A DNA stretch of 63,968 bases, the filler included, from Rhabdomonas costata (lineage: Eukaryota): assembly GCA_019059605.1 (NCBI GenBank). It is 29 parts of 29 records of this genome, joined end to end, with 100 filler letters (N's around TTAATTAATTAA, not from the genome) between each part and the next. Parts side by side here need not be neighbours in the genome. Positions count along the whole stretch, not along the records: positions 1 to 2,120 come from JAHMHO010005484.1; positions 2,221 to 4,340 come from JAHMHO010005485.1; positions 4,441 to 6,560 come from JAHMHO010005486.1; positions 6,661 to 8,779 come from JAHMHO010005487.1; positions 8,880 to 10,998 come from JAHMHO010005488.1; positions 11,099 to 13,219 come from JAHMHO010005489.1; 23 more parts are not named here. One strand, written 5' to 3'. Position numbers and translations under genes: made by a program. The notes below the pieces were generated by a model. It had not been told where the DNA came from, searched no databases, and saw nothing but the letters and a program-made list of their open reading frames with translations. Numbering within the stretch: position 1 is the first letter of the stretch; each line of letters opens with the position of its first letter. This document shows, in pieces, positions 1-11,099 of this stretch.

Positions 1-2025
1 TTTTGTGGGTTCCACGACTTCTGTGAATGTTGGACGTTCAGAACGAGAGGCATGCGGCTTCGATTATCCTTCCTTTCCTAGTGCAAATTTTTCCTCGTTC
101 CAAACGTTAAGAGTAAATGAGTGTATCACTGCAGTGTGTTCCCGCCAAAGACACCCCCTTGGTCCGAGCGGCGCAGCCCCCTAACCTAACGCTGCCCCAC
201 ACGTACGCCAATCCAATCCGAGGAACAGTCCGCGTACGCCAGCATGGTCGACCATTGCAATCCCCCCCCCCTCAATTGCAATGCTCATGCAAATAAATCT
301 CATCTGATCTGTGTTCGAGTCCGAACTCATCTACAATAAGCTCTTGAAAATCGCATCATGAATTTTTGGTCCCATTTTCGTTGGCCTCACTCAACCCATC
401 ACCGTAATCGCAGGAATAAGGAATGTAACACACAGCCTCAAGCACATAAATCCCAAACCCAGAGTACAATGTTCTTGTGAGAGATTGGGGGTGGGGGGCG
501 CACCCTTCCTCGCTCTGTTGTGGGTGAGGGTCAGAAAAGACAGGAGGCTACAATTAGTCCGATCAAACAAACGGTGCAAGGTCCATTAAACCAACGGCGA
601 CTGTCCAGCAAATCTCTCTCTCGAAGGCAAAGGCTCAGGGATTTTCACACCACCGTGCACGGGCATGTATGCGGAGCAAGGGTCAAAACAAACACGCAGA
701 GCAAAAAAGATGCATGGAACCGCCACCCGGTTTTCCAATTATAAAACAAATTGACACGGGACGATTCACGTGACCCACCAACACTCGTGTGCATCTAAGT
801 CCATTCCCAGCAAGCAGTCAACAATAAGTGCTTAACAGAAATAGGCCGCTCAGGCAACAGCAAACGTCCAAAATCCATTGCTCACTGAGGTGACTTATTT
901 TTCACGCGTTTCCCAAAGAGCGAGAAAACCCCTTCTCCTCTGCCTAAATCCGCGCATCACCAATCCATCCCCCATTTTTCTACCTCTGGCTTTTTATTCC
1001 GTGCGTTTCTCTCTCATTTGCCGAGGCTCTGTGGTCTCCGTCCGTCCTTTCCGCCCGCAACGTCTATTTTGTTCTTATTATTGCTGTGAGAAAATAAAGA
1101 CTATAGTGCGCGCCGCACGAGTTTTCAGCGCCTCGTGTGCGATTCCTCGCCCCAAGTCCCTGATATACCCTCTGCTCAACCATTCCTCTTTTATCGCTAC
1201 CTTCGTGTCTCTTTTACGCCCACTGTGGTGATGCAGTGCGGTGACACCACCCAATTGTGTTTCATTGAACATCAATTTACCACCCTCTACATGGCTCCGA
1301 CAAACCGCGACATGAAACCACTATACTCCAATGCCCATCTGCCAATTCTGCAGAAACGCCTCAACCACCTCATCACCCTCTGTTCGCGCCACCTCAGCGG
1401 CCTTTCCAACGCATCCTTGCCCACATGGAAGAAGGAACGGCTTATGAAACCAAGATACACTCCTTTCTCAGCCGCCAAGCACAACTGAGGTGGGCAACTT
1501 GGGGAGGAGAAGCGTTCCATAAAATGAAAAGCCGTGAAAGGTCGGGGCGCTCGAAGCGTGATTAGATTCCTTCAAATTAATGGTCTCCGCAGTTAAAATC
1601 GTGGAAACGCTGGCAGAAGACGTGCACGTTTTTTTCAACTCTTAGACCACGAAACTCGATGGCGAAATGGAATGAGTGGATTCCAGTGGATTATAAAAAT
1701 CAAAACTCGGAGTCTCGATCCAGAGCTACCCAATGCGAATACAAAAAAGTTGAAGTTCTTCTCCGAAAGTTAAAGTTAAAGCTCATTGACAATGTCGCCC
1801 CAAGCGTAGCAAAAGGCTTTCCCCCTTTCCTTTCCAGGGTCCGCTATCCCACGCCAAAAGTCTGGAAGGAATCCAAAAGACACTGGCACTGCGCAGGCAA
1901 GCAGCAGCGACAGCACGAACTTAAGACCCGCACACCCACCGGTGAGACCATAACATTCGGGAGGGAAAAGGGCAGACACCTTGGTCTTGTGGATGAACCT
2001 CAAATAGTGGACTAACATAAGGGTA

Positions 2026-2084
2026 CTATCTATCCCCTCCGCCGTGGCGTTGACGACGTAGCGCTCAAAGACCTGCGCCGCCTT
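2026..2084 (-). CDS. Possible short internal exon of an unknown protein (KAAQVFERYVVNATAEG...)
   Basis: Follows a GGGGGTATGCAG acceptor-like site and has GC3-rich codons. The donor is not located and no family is recognised. Confidence 0.3.
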
Positions 2085-2120
2085 CTGCATACCCCCCAGA
2101 AAGACACCACAGCGTTTTCT

Positions 2121-2220
2121 NNNNNNNNNNNNNNNNNNNNNNNNNNNNNNNNNNNNNNNNNNNNTTAATTAATTAANNNNNNNNNNNNNNNNNNNNNNNN
2201 NNNNNNNNNNNNNNNNNNNN
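2121..2220. other. Artificial contig linker, first of 28
   Basis: 44 N + TTAATTAATTAA (stops in all six frames) + 44 N. The other linkers start at 4341, 6561, 8780, 10999, 13220, 15427, 17647, 19864, 22104, 24323, 26541, 28759, 30973, 33191, 35405, 37623, 39840, 42057, 44274, 46491, 48708, 50925, 53141, 55362, 57577, 59794 and 62011. Confidence 0.99.
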
Positions 2221-2232
2221 GTTGGGGTGTAC

Positions 2233-4180
2233 CAGGAAGTCGGGCTGCGTCACCGGAAGCCTCCGATACTTCAGGCTCTGTCTCGGTCTGCTGGAACAAA
2301 GAAACAACACAGACTCAAGATGGCTCGGCTTTTCACTCACCTTCTAGCACAGAGGGGGAGGTGAAGGCATAATTCTGAGACTACCGCACTAAATGTACCA
2401 TAAAATGCAAAAAAAAAAAAAAAACAGAAGAAGAAGAAGTAGAAGTAGAAAAGAAAACCTGTGAACCTGTGGAAGGACCTGGAAGAACCCATACGTTCTC
2501 CTGATGTACCTTGTTTATTCTCTCTTAATGTCCTCTCCTGGTGGATCTGTGCTCGCGTTGTTTGGGAGAATTGTGGGTAAAGTGAACCTCTCTTTTTCGG
2601 GGAGGGGGTACCAGCCGAGATGCAGAAAAATATTTGGGCTCATGAACGTGATGAGGAGAGTTGGGGAAGAGGGTTGCGCATAAATCACCATCACGCTATA
2701 TCTTTCTCTTTTTTTCTGTACTTCACCACCGCCCTGCCTGTTTGTTCGCTATTGCATTCACTGAACTGTGGTTATGCATGCCGTGCAAAAAAAAAATCCC
2801 TCTAAATGTCGCTAAATCACGGCAGAACACGGCAGATAACGAAAATCACCCAAGTCCGTTGTTTGTGTCCTTTAAAAATGCATTGCGAAAACTTTGAGAT
2901 TGAGTTGCACCACTTCTTTCTTGTGCACAGCGCAACTTGTTGAAAACTTGCTGCCAGAAGGCAGCTGGTTCCGGATGGAACAAGATAGAATTTTGGTCGA
3001 ATGCGATATGGATCTAGGCGGACCCAGATGAAAACTTTTGCTGGTGTCCAAAACATCTTGAGTCGTATGGACACACCCCAGGCGCCTCAGAGGACGACTT
3101 TTCGTCAATGTTCTTGTACTCCATGTTCTTAAGGTGCATTTCCACTCCATAGCCCACAACAGTAACGCCAGCTTTGCCATCTCCACTGTCTTCCTGGTCA
3201 TCCTCCTGGCTTGGACGATGGTGCCGCAGAACGTACCTCACACCAGGCTGCGTGAACAATATGACACGTGATAAACTGCAGCTGGTCGAAGCGCAAAGAA
3301 GGTGGTGGACATGCACACCTTTTCGAAGAGGTGCGTATGAAGGGCAAGGAACGCTGGGGTACCCAATTCGCAGTACAATACAACCGTCCTCAAGCACTCT
3401 CCTGCAAAAAAGGCAAACGATTGATGATCCTAGTGCTCTTCTCACAAAAAACCACTTGAAAATGCACGGAGAGAACAAGGAGTATTTGTAAGCTAAGGTT
3501 GTCCTCTGCCCCAGACAAAGGGTATGACGAACACTGGCTGTCTGTCACTCCCTTGTCGAGATGGTGAAATAGTGTCGAAACACCGATAAAATTAAACCTG
3601 GAGATAAATGAACGTGGTCCAGTTCGAACAACTCGATCCCAAGTCCTTCTGCGCCACTGGCAGCTTGGGAACACTCAGTGGAGGTCAGATGGCCTTCCAG
3701 TTCACTCAGGGAGAGAAAGGCGTTTGAAGCGCCTTCGACCACAGCGTAGCAGGCACTGAAGGGACAAAAGCATGCGAAGCCTCAACAGTTCAGTCCTTTT
3801 CAGTGAGAAATGAAAGGAGACGAGGAGGAAAACAACCTGCGAATTATGGACGGTTGCTGAGAGGCGTAACGTCGCGTAAACTGATGATGCAACCCAACCT
3901 TCGGGCTGTAGTACCGAATACCCAATGCATACTTCAAAGAACTGAGGCTGTGCGGTGAAAGAACCTGGGAAAGCAAGAAACAGTGCAGGTTCAGGTTGCC
4001 TTCAGAAAAAAATATGAAAAGTGCAGGAAAATTCAAAATCTCCACCTTTTCGCTGAAAGCCATGATGTGACGATACATGGCCAGAGGCGAACCCCACGGG
4101 ACATCAGATCTTAGATCGGTGTGTCCCTCGTTCAGAGATCGGGTGACGTTGTCCACAAAGACCCAAAACAGCGAACTTTC
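2233..4180 (-). CDS. UGGT: UDP-glucose:glycoprotein glucosyltransferase, N-terminal thioredoxin-like region (partial, 6 exons)
   Basis: Phase-consistent GT-AG exons 4180-4046, 3964-3837, 3755-3598, 3401-3319, 3247-3077 and (tentative) 2290-2233. The spliced product has LFWVFVD, LKYALGIRYYSPKV, LFELDHVH, VVLYCELGTPAFLALH and YVLRH...GYGVEMHLKNMEYKNIDE, matching the UGGT signature GYGVELAIKSTEYKAKDD. Confidence 0.92.
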
Positions 4181-4440
4181 CTATAATAACACCATCAGAA
4201 GTGATCAGATTTTCAACAGGGTTGCACCAACATCAAATTCAACGTGAGGGTGCTCAAATGCAAAATCAATTCAAAGCTTAATTCAACCTGATCAGTCAGA
4301 CAATCGAAAATGAGAAAAGAAAGAAAAATGCAAACCCAACNNNNNNNNNNNNNNNNNNNNNNNNNNNNNNNNNNNNNNNNNNNNTTAATTAATTAANNNN
4401 NNNNNNNNNNNNNNNNNNNNNNNNNNNNNNNNNNNNNNNN

Positions 4441-5070
4441 TGTTGGGGAGCATCCGTGGACTGGTGCTGGTGATGTTCCTTGTGGTGGGTGTTGCGTTGG
4501 GGTTGGGTGTGGAGGGTGTTGCGTTGGACGGTGGTGTTGCTTTGGCTCATGGTATTCCTTCTGTGTCACGTTGGGGCTGTTGGTGTTGGTGTCGTTGGCT
4601 TGCTGTCTCTGTCTCTGTCTCTGGGTCACGGTTTGGGTTCTGGTTGCGTAGGGTGGAGGGTGTGGGTCGTTGGAGGAGGAGGTGTGGTGGCTGTGCTTGG
4701 AGGGTGTTCGTGCTTTCGTGTCTCTTGCTTCTGTGGAGGGTTCTAGTGCTGGGTCTGTGTCAGGTGTTGCTTCTGCTTCCGTCTCTTCCGTCTCGTTCTG
4801 CTTCTGTCTCAGGTTCTGCTTCTGGGTTCGTGTCTCTGTCTCAGGGTTCTGCTTCTGTGGGTCATGCTGTCTGTGCTGGAGGAGGGTCTGTGAGGGAGAG
4901 TGTCTGTGCTCGTGGTGTGTTTGGTGCTTGTGCTGTTGTTGGAGAGGGTTCTGTGTGTGGTTCTCTGGAGGGTTCTGTGGAGGGTTCTGTGGAGGGTTCT
5001 ATGTCTCAGGTTTCAGTGTCTCTGCCTTCGCTTTCTGTCTCTGTCTCTGCCTCTGGTGTCCGTTCTTCGG
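4441..5070 (+). repeat. A-depleted, G/T-skewed low-complexity tract with short tandem duplications
   Basis: No AA dinucleotide seen in 630 nt. (GGAGGGTTCTGT)x3 lies at about 4967-5000 and (GTCTCT)n runs recur. Confidence 0.85.
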
Positions 5071-6206
5071 AAGTCCTTCGGGATCTCCAATCTGGAGTTG
5101 GTCCAATGCTCACGGCCAAGGCTTCAACGCTACCGTGATTGCCAGGGGGCAAGGCACCTGTGGTATCATCAACACTCGCAGCTTCCGTGCTCAACAACTT
5201 ATCGACGATCGTTCCCAGTGTCCTGAGTAGTATTCCTCCCGAAGTTCAACGCCTGGGCTGACATCGTTTCACTGACCGAGTCAACGCGAACCACGTGAGG
5301 ATACAGGTATCACGGTGAGGCTATGCAACGTCGCGCGTAGCGCGTCAACCCCTGTTGTTCCTGCGCTAGTAGTGGCTGGAGGTGAGCTAGGACTGACACC
5401 CTGACCCTGCGTTGGGTACGTCAACTTAGCCTCCAGTGATGGACATGAACCCTCACCTTATGCGTGTAGTAGTGCTGGGTAGGTTACCCAAGGTCGACCT
5501 GTGTATGGCCAGCGAAACCATGCATAGGGGACAATAAACCCACTCCACCCACACGAGGGAAGTGATTGAGGTGAGGGGCCACCCAATGCCTTCACTCAAC
5601 CCACCGTACCCGAGTCACGCACTCCATGGCAGTGGTTGAGGTGACATGGTGACCGGTTATGGCGCTATGCACAAGGGAGTACCGTAGAGTAGCAATACCC
5701 TACGCGTTACAACCTCAGCATAACGTCTACGCTCAAGCCTTGTCACCCGAACCCTGTTGTGGATGTTGCCCACCCGTATGGTGATGGTGGTACGGTATGC
5801 CTAGCAGCAGTGACGCTATGCCATACCCTCCATCGTAGCCAGCACCAACGCATGACAGAGGGGATGTAGGAGATTGAGGGGGAGTGACACCGATTCCTAA
5901 GGGTAACGCCAAGGGTAAAGAGACGCATTCCACCACCACCGCTCCATCACCCAGGGAGAAGAGAGGAAGGGATGGCTGGTAGAGGCTGATGGCTAAGGCT
6001 GAAGCACAAGCAGATGCTGCGGTAGATGCCACTCCAACCATGCTAACCCTCTGCACCCGTTCTGAGGGGCTACGAATGCAAGGAAGATGCAGAAGTGGCG
6101 TGAGGGAGGGAGGGAGGGAGGAACGTAACCATCGTAGGGTGGTGAAGTGACGACCTACAGGAAGCAAAGGGTATCACCGATGAGGATACAAATATGATTC
6201 ATGATG

Positions 6207-6319
6207 GTTCGCTCCCCGACTAACGTCGGTACGCTCACTGGGTCGTCGTCACTCACTTCGTTCGTTCCTCCTCCTAGATGTGGTGGTTCAGTCGCTCCAC
6301 CGCATGACGGTTACGCTCC
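6207..6319 (-). other. Cluster of three strand-specific hairpins with tandem sheared G.A pairs (double-hairpin-like ssDNA structure)
   Basis: Minus strand: 6319-6291 G-GA-GC-GTA-ACCG-tcatg-CGGT-GGA-GC-GA-C; 6274-6242 G-GA-G-GA-G-GA-AC-GA-AC-[GAA]-GT-GA-GT-GA-C-GA-C-GA-C; 6238-6207 GT-GA-GC-GTA-CCGAC-[GTTA]-GTCGG-GGA-GC-GA-AC. Confidence 0.8.
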
Positions 6320-6891
6320 CTAATACGTTCCCTAAAATAATCATTGATCTGATCAGTGATATGTTACAGCCGAAAATAATCAGTCGTTTGTTTGCCAGCT
6401 CTAATGACGGGTAAGTCCTCACTTCAGGACACATATCCACCCAGATTCTTTCGGTAGCATTTGCCATTGGCTGCTGAGCTCAATCAAGGCTTGCAGATAA
6501 CCGCATACAGACCCTCCCCACCCCCACCCCACAGCCCACCGCAACCTTCGGCACCCGGCGNNNNNNNNNNNNNNNNNNNNNNNNNNNNNNNNNNNNNNNN
6601 NNNNTTAATTAATTAANNNNNNNNNNNNNNNNNNNNNNNNNNNNNNNNNNNNNNNNNNNNGTTGGTTGGTGGTACGCGTCACTGACCCTTTATTCCGTAA
6701 AATCAGTGAGAAAAGTAATTTGTGCAAGTATGAAATAGTTTTCGAAATCACAAACAGAGAAGAAATTATGCAAAAATGCCCGAGATAAGTGAATTAACCG
6801 AACGATGCTGGTTGTCTTTTTCGCGGGGATGGTGTCAACAGCGTCGTTTCTACCTTTGACTATTGGGAGGGTCGCACCCCCGCCGGCGAAG

Positions 6892-7343
6892 ATGCGCTTT
6901 GCTGTGCTGACGCTAGCTGTGGGCAAGCCCGTGATCGGCCCCCAAATGCGCCCCGCCGTGGACAGCCGGAGGTGCTACTGCGAGCTCCATGGCTACGACT
7001 TCATTCTGGACCAGGTCCTCCACCAAAGGGGGCACTAGATGCCCTGAAAAAATTTTCTCCAAAGAGCTGGGCGACGTCTCACCTAATTTGCTGCCGTTTA
7101 TACCTGGTAGCAATATCATTGAAATGGATGGAGGCTGAACGTCATTTGAATTTCGAAACTTCCATCACTCGTCTGGAATTCCTGGCAATGGCACCATCGC
7201 TCAGTTTGCTACGGCAGGGGTGGCAGCGGAGGTGGGGGTCGGTGCAGAGGCCAGCGCGGCACACCCGAACGGTGCACTGGACACGCATTCCTGCTCTTCG
7301 GGAGCTGGTCCTGCGGTCTCGCGATCGCTACGACTGGCTCTTG
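6892..7343 (+). CDS. GT34 (GMA12/MNN10-like) glycosyltransferase, N-terminal part, truncated
   Basis: Exons 6892-7014 (MRFAVLTLAVG...SRRCYCELHGYDFILDQ) and 7248-~7343 (RTVHWTRIPALRELV...RYDWLL). This matches the GT34 pattern YCxxHGYDF...WxKI...YDW, but breaks off just before the expected DxD motif. Confidence 0.75.
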
Positions 7344-8779
7344 GGGGAGTAGCCAAACGAGCACCCAATACTACTGCCTCCACAGGTCGGGTTGGCTGCA
7401 GGCAGAGACACCAAGTATCGCAGCAATGCTGATAACCGAGCGAAAAATTCAGACAGAGCAGGGAGAGAGAGAGTAGGGTGCCAGAAAAAGAGCGCTTGGT
7501 GAACGAAACCTGGAAAAAGCAAGCAGGAAAGGAACGCAGTGGAAAACCCCTGAACTACCCACGCAAAAGACGAGACACCAATACAGCATTCGTTCTGGGT
7601 GCAGGCGAACAGGGCGCAGGGTGAGGCAGAGTCCTTTGCGGTGTAGCCCGAAGGGCAAGTGTAATGGGCACCTCCACAAGTCTGGTTGCCTGACCGGCGC
7701 GCGCAATAGAACATATGGCATATGGAGAAAAAACTTGAAAAAATGTCTCTTTAAACAAAGAGTCAACATCCTCGAACGTCACAGAACCCATCACCACAAA
7801 GCATCGGAAAGCAACTCGGTAGGAAAGGAAGAAAAGGCACCAGAGCTGAAGGCCTGCGCAACGGCGGCCATCCAGGGCTCGCGGGAACCAACCGGAGCAC
7901 TGGGCAGATAGCCCTGAGTTCCAAAAGAAAAAAAAACAAGAGCCCACCGCAACACAAAGCAGTGCTATTGGAAAATCAGAACCGCATACCTGAGTTAACT
8001 CCCACACAATTACACCCCCATAGCCGTGGGACTTCGCAAAGTCCCCCTTCGCCTGGATTGCCGCCGCATCGTCGAAGGAGAGGTACTTGCAGCCCATGCT
8101 GTTGGCCGCGGGTAGGCTCCAGTACGCACACTGCGCCGCAGCGTCCCAGTGACGATATTGTGGCTGACTCTCATAGGTCTGAGCCAGAGCAACGTAATCG
8201 AAATACTGAATGGAACCGCTGATCCTATCAGTCACCTGATTGGGCGCAGTGATTCCACCTGAGTAAGAAGAAACAAAAGTCGCGAGAAAAAAAGAAAACG
8301 AAACACAGCAAGCCGAGATCTTTCCTTTGACAGTGGGACTCCCGAAACGGTGCGTGGTCGGTCCTTTCACTCTTGGGCAAAACATAACAAAAAGAGGAGG
8401 TGCACAGATTCTGAATGCGCGCGATAACCTGTGTAGCAAATGCCGAAGAACCCAATCCCAAGCCCCAGCTTAGCCGCGGGCACCCCAAGCTGAACGTATT
8501 TGGAAAGAGTGTCGTCAATCGCCGCGGGTGTGGCTGCCTTGTACCCCGAAAGTGGAGACGAGTGCCAGCTCAGCCAGCCTGACCCCCACATCGGTACGCC
8601 ATAGCTCATGATATTGATCTGGTCCACTACTTGAGAGAGCGGGGCAAGAAAGGCCGGGGCCGCAGTGTAGGGCCAGTACATGCCATACGCCACGGTAATT
8701 AGAAAATTGCTGCCTCCCGAGGCACGAAGAAGCTGAGCCAGCAGCACCAGCTTGTTTCCATCAAAGGAGTCTTCCCAAA
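7328..8779 (-). CDS. GH18 chitinase (C-terminal two-thirds of the barrel) plus Cys-rich repeats, partial
   Basis: Exons 8779-8429, 8258-7990, 7913-7841, 7689-7579 and 7395-7328. The contig edge starts at WED (end of the DxDxE motif), followed by VDQINIMSY, GVPAAKLGLGIGFFG, YLSFDDAAAIQAKGDFAKSHGYGGVIVWELTQGYLP, then TCGGAHYTCPSGY...CC and a truncated second repeat. Confidence 0.9.
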
Positions 8780-8879
8780 NNNNNNNNNNNNNNNNNNNNN
8801 NNNNNNNNNNNNNNNNNNNNNNNTTAATTAATTAANNNNNNNNNNNNNNNNNNNNNNNNNNNNNNNNNNNNNNNNNNNN

Positions 8880-9554
8880 CACCACCGCAGTGCCGTTCAA
8901 AAACGTCTTCCCAGACTCCACCCCGTTCACGTTCCAGGTCGACCACCCCGCCTTTTCCGTGGCGAAGGCCCAGGAGGTGGTACCCTCCAAGAAGAGCGTG
9001 ACCGTGAACGTCAGCTTCCGGCCCCTGGACGACGTCTTCCCGGTGCGCGGGAAACTCGTGATCGGCTGCAGCAGCAGCGCCACAGATCCAGACCGCAAGG
9101 CATGCCCTTCCACCTCTTGTCCCTCGGGGCCCCTTTCCTTCAGAGTTCTACTTTTGGCTGAGGTCGAGTTGCTTCATTGAATATGTTTCTGGGTTGAGGA
9201 TTTTTTTTCTGGAGAAAAGCGAGGAAAGGCTGGAGTCAACACTGCAAAATGAAGGGGATGGTAAGAGGATTCGCTTCAGAAAGCCACCTTCACTCCAGTC
9301 TGTCACCATAAGGTCCAAGGCCCTGGCAGGTGGCCTCTCCTCTGGCTCAGTTGTGTTGCGTTGTTTTTCTTCGTGAGGTTGTTGATATGGTATGGAATGG
9401 ATCTGGCAACATGGTAACAAATGATCCAGAGGTTGGTGCGCGCGTTCCGTTGTGTCTGCCATGGTCTCTCGCGCGTCAGGTGGAATGGGTGTATTACCTG
9501 AGAGGAGTGAAGGCCGAGGGTAAGGACGAGAAAGGCAAGCGGGACAAGAACTAG
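8880..9554 (+). CDS. HYDIN: Hydin (axonemal central-pair protein), C-terminus
   Basis: Exon 8880-9099 (VPFKNVF...FTFQVDHPAFSV...KKSVTVNVSF...GKLVIGC) joins exon 9480-9554 (VEWVYYLRGV...stop). This matches the Hydin C-terminal PFKNVF...VDNPAF...WVYYLKG. The intron is GC-AG. Confidence 0.88.
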
Positions 9555-11099
9555 TACCCTGATGTCCGCCGCGCTTCGCCTTTTCCTTTGCCTTTCGTGC
9601 CTGTCAGCCGTGCTGATTGCGGCGGTGTGTGTGTCCGATAGAATGGTCCAGGTTGCTTCGGACTGCTGTGTGGATGTGTATATAACGTCTGTGTCTCGCT
9701 CTGTTCCAGTGTGTTTCAGTACTGGTTTGGCTCAGATTGGGCATTCCTTCATTTTTTAGCATGTGCGCACGATCTCCTATGCAGCGACGATACCTCCCAG
9801 GACAAGTACACGCGCAGGACAATCCCCAGCTCCTCACTGAAATACATAAAAACTTCCCATGAAAACGTGAATAAGAAGTTGGTACTGCGAATTAATTGGA
9901 ATGGTGCATTCCCTGAGAGGGCACGCACTGCTTTTCTATTGATCTCCTTGATGAGTCCGAGATAACGGTTAATTCAGGTTTGGGTAAGAAGGCACCTGTA
10001 GTGGAGGGTATTATGCTCTCAGAAATGTTGGTAAAACTTGTAAATACCGTCCCTCAGAGTGGAAGGTAAGGGGTTGTGCTAGCGATGCCAACTGGGAGGC
10101 TTTGTCGTTTTTGGCTCCCTCTTCTGCTCCCAACGGAGTGTGCCTGCTTTGGTTTCTCATCCCCCCCTGGACAGTTCTCTTCGTTCGTTGCGCATTGCAT
10201 GTTTTGTGTTCCCCCCTGCAGCATACCTGCCGCCGCATGCTGTCCGTCTACACTCTGCTTGGGTGCTCGTGCCTGTTTCGCTTTACTGCACATTTATTGG
10301 GAAACAAACCAGAGAGGTCAGGCCTGTCTTTGCGATCCTAGTCAGATGGTAGCTAAGCGGGGCCAAGGCTGTGCCTTTCACTGCCTTTCACCTTTCAGGG
10401 CTTTTGGCACTTCGTAGCCTCCTGCATTTCTGGTTTAGTGGTTTTAATTGAGAGCGAGAGACGTAGCTGGAAAGGTGGCATCAGGTTTGATTTAGGACTC
10501 AAGATCTTTTTAATTCGGTTCCATGGGTCCCAGCCTGTGCTCTGTGTTATATGCGATGGGTGTCGAACTCTTAAGCGGGAACCTCACCTTCATTTGTTGT
10601 CAGCGCTTGAGCCTACGCCACTCACATTACAAGCAGTTTCCTCCAATATTCGTACATGTGTCCGGGCCAAACTCGGAGTTGGGTCCGTTTCCTGGGTTCA
10701 TCATTTCGGTGGGATTGGTGGTCTATGCGCTTCTCGCGCGCAATTCAAAATGTACTTCTTTTTCTCGTTCGCAGCCACGGGCTTTATGAGTGTATTTTAG
10801 GGGAGGGCTAGAGAGAGAGAGACAGAACGGCCCAGGGCCATTCGCAAGGGATGGAGCCCTGGGGGTCTCCGCGGGTTCCTTCAGGGCCCACCAGCCTACC
10901 GCACACCCCTCCCTCGGGTCCCGGCACCCCCACTCCTGCCCAGACTCCCATGGCAGAATCCGACCCCATCCATCGGGGAGGGGTGGCCACCCAAAAAANN
11001 NNNNNNNNNNNNNNNNNNNNNNNNNNNNNNNNNNNNNNNNNNTTAATTAATTAANNNNNNNNNNNNNNNNNNNNNNNNNNNNNNNNNNNNNNNNNNNNG

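Noticed and set aside
4443-5138. Long ORFs in the skewed tracts (4443-5138, 4670-5230, 12556-13215)
   Set aside because: A-depletion removes stop codons in all frames. The products are V/S/G/C/L low-complexity strings with no motif.
6285-6345. Possible box C/D snoRNA on the minus strand (ATGATTA...CTGA)
   Set aside because: The C box is imperfect, there is no terminal stem or recognisable rRNA guide, and the interval is better explained by the G.A hairpins.
10430-10800. Possible restriction-like endonuclease tail of a non-LTR retrotransposon (RFDLGL..., WWSMRFSRAIQNV)
   Set aside because: The resemblance is weak and spread over frames, with no clear PD-(D/E)xK motif. A profile search is needed.
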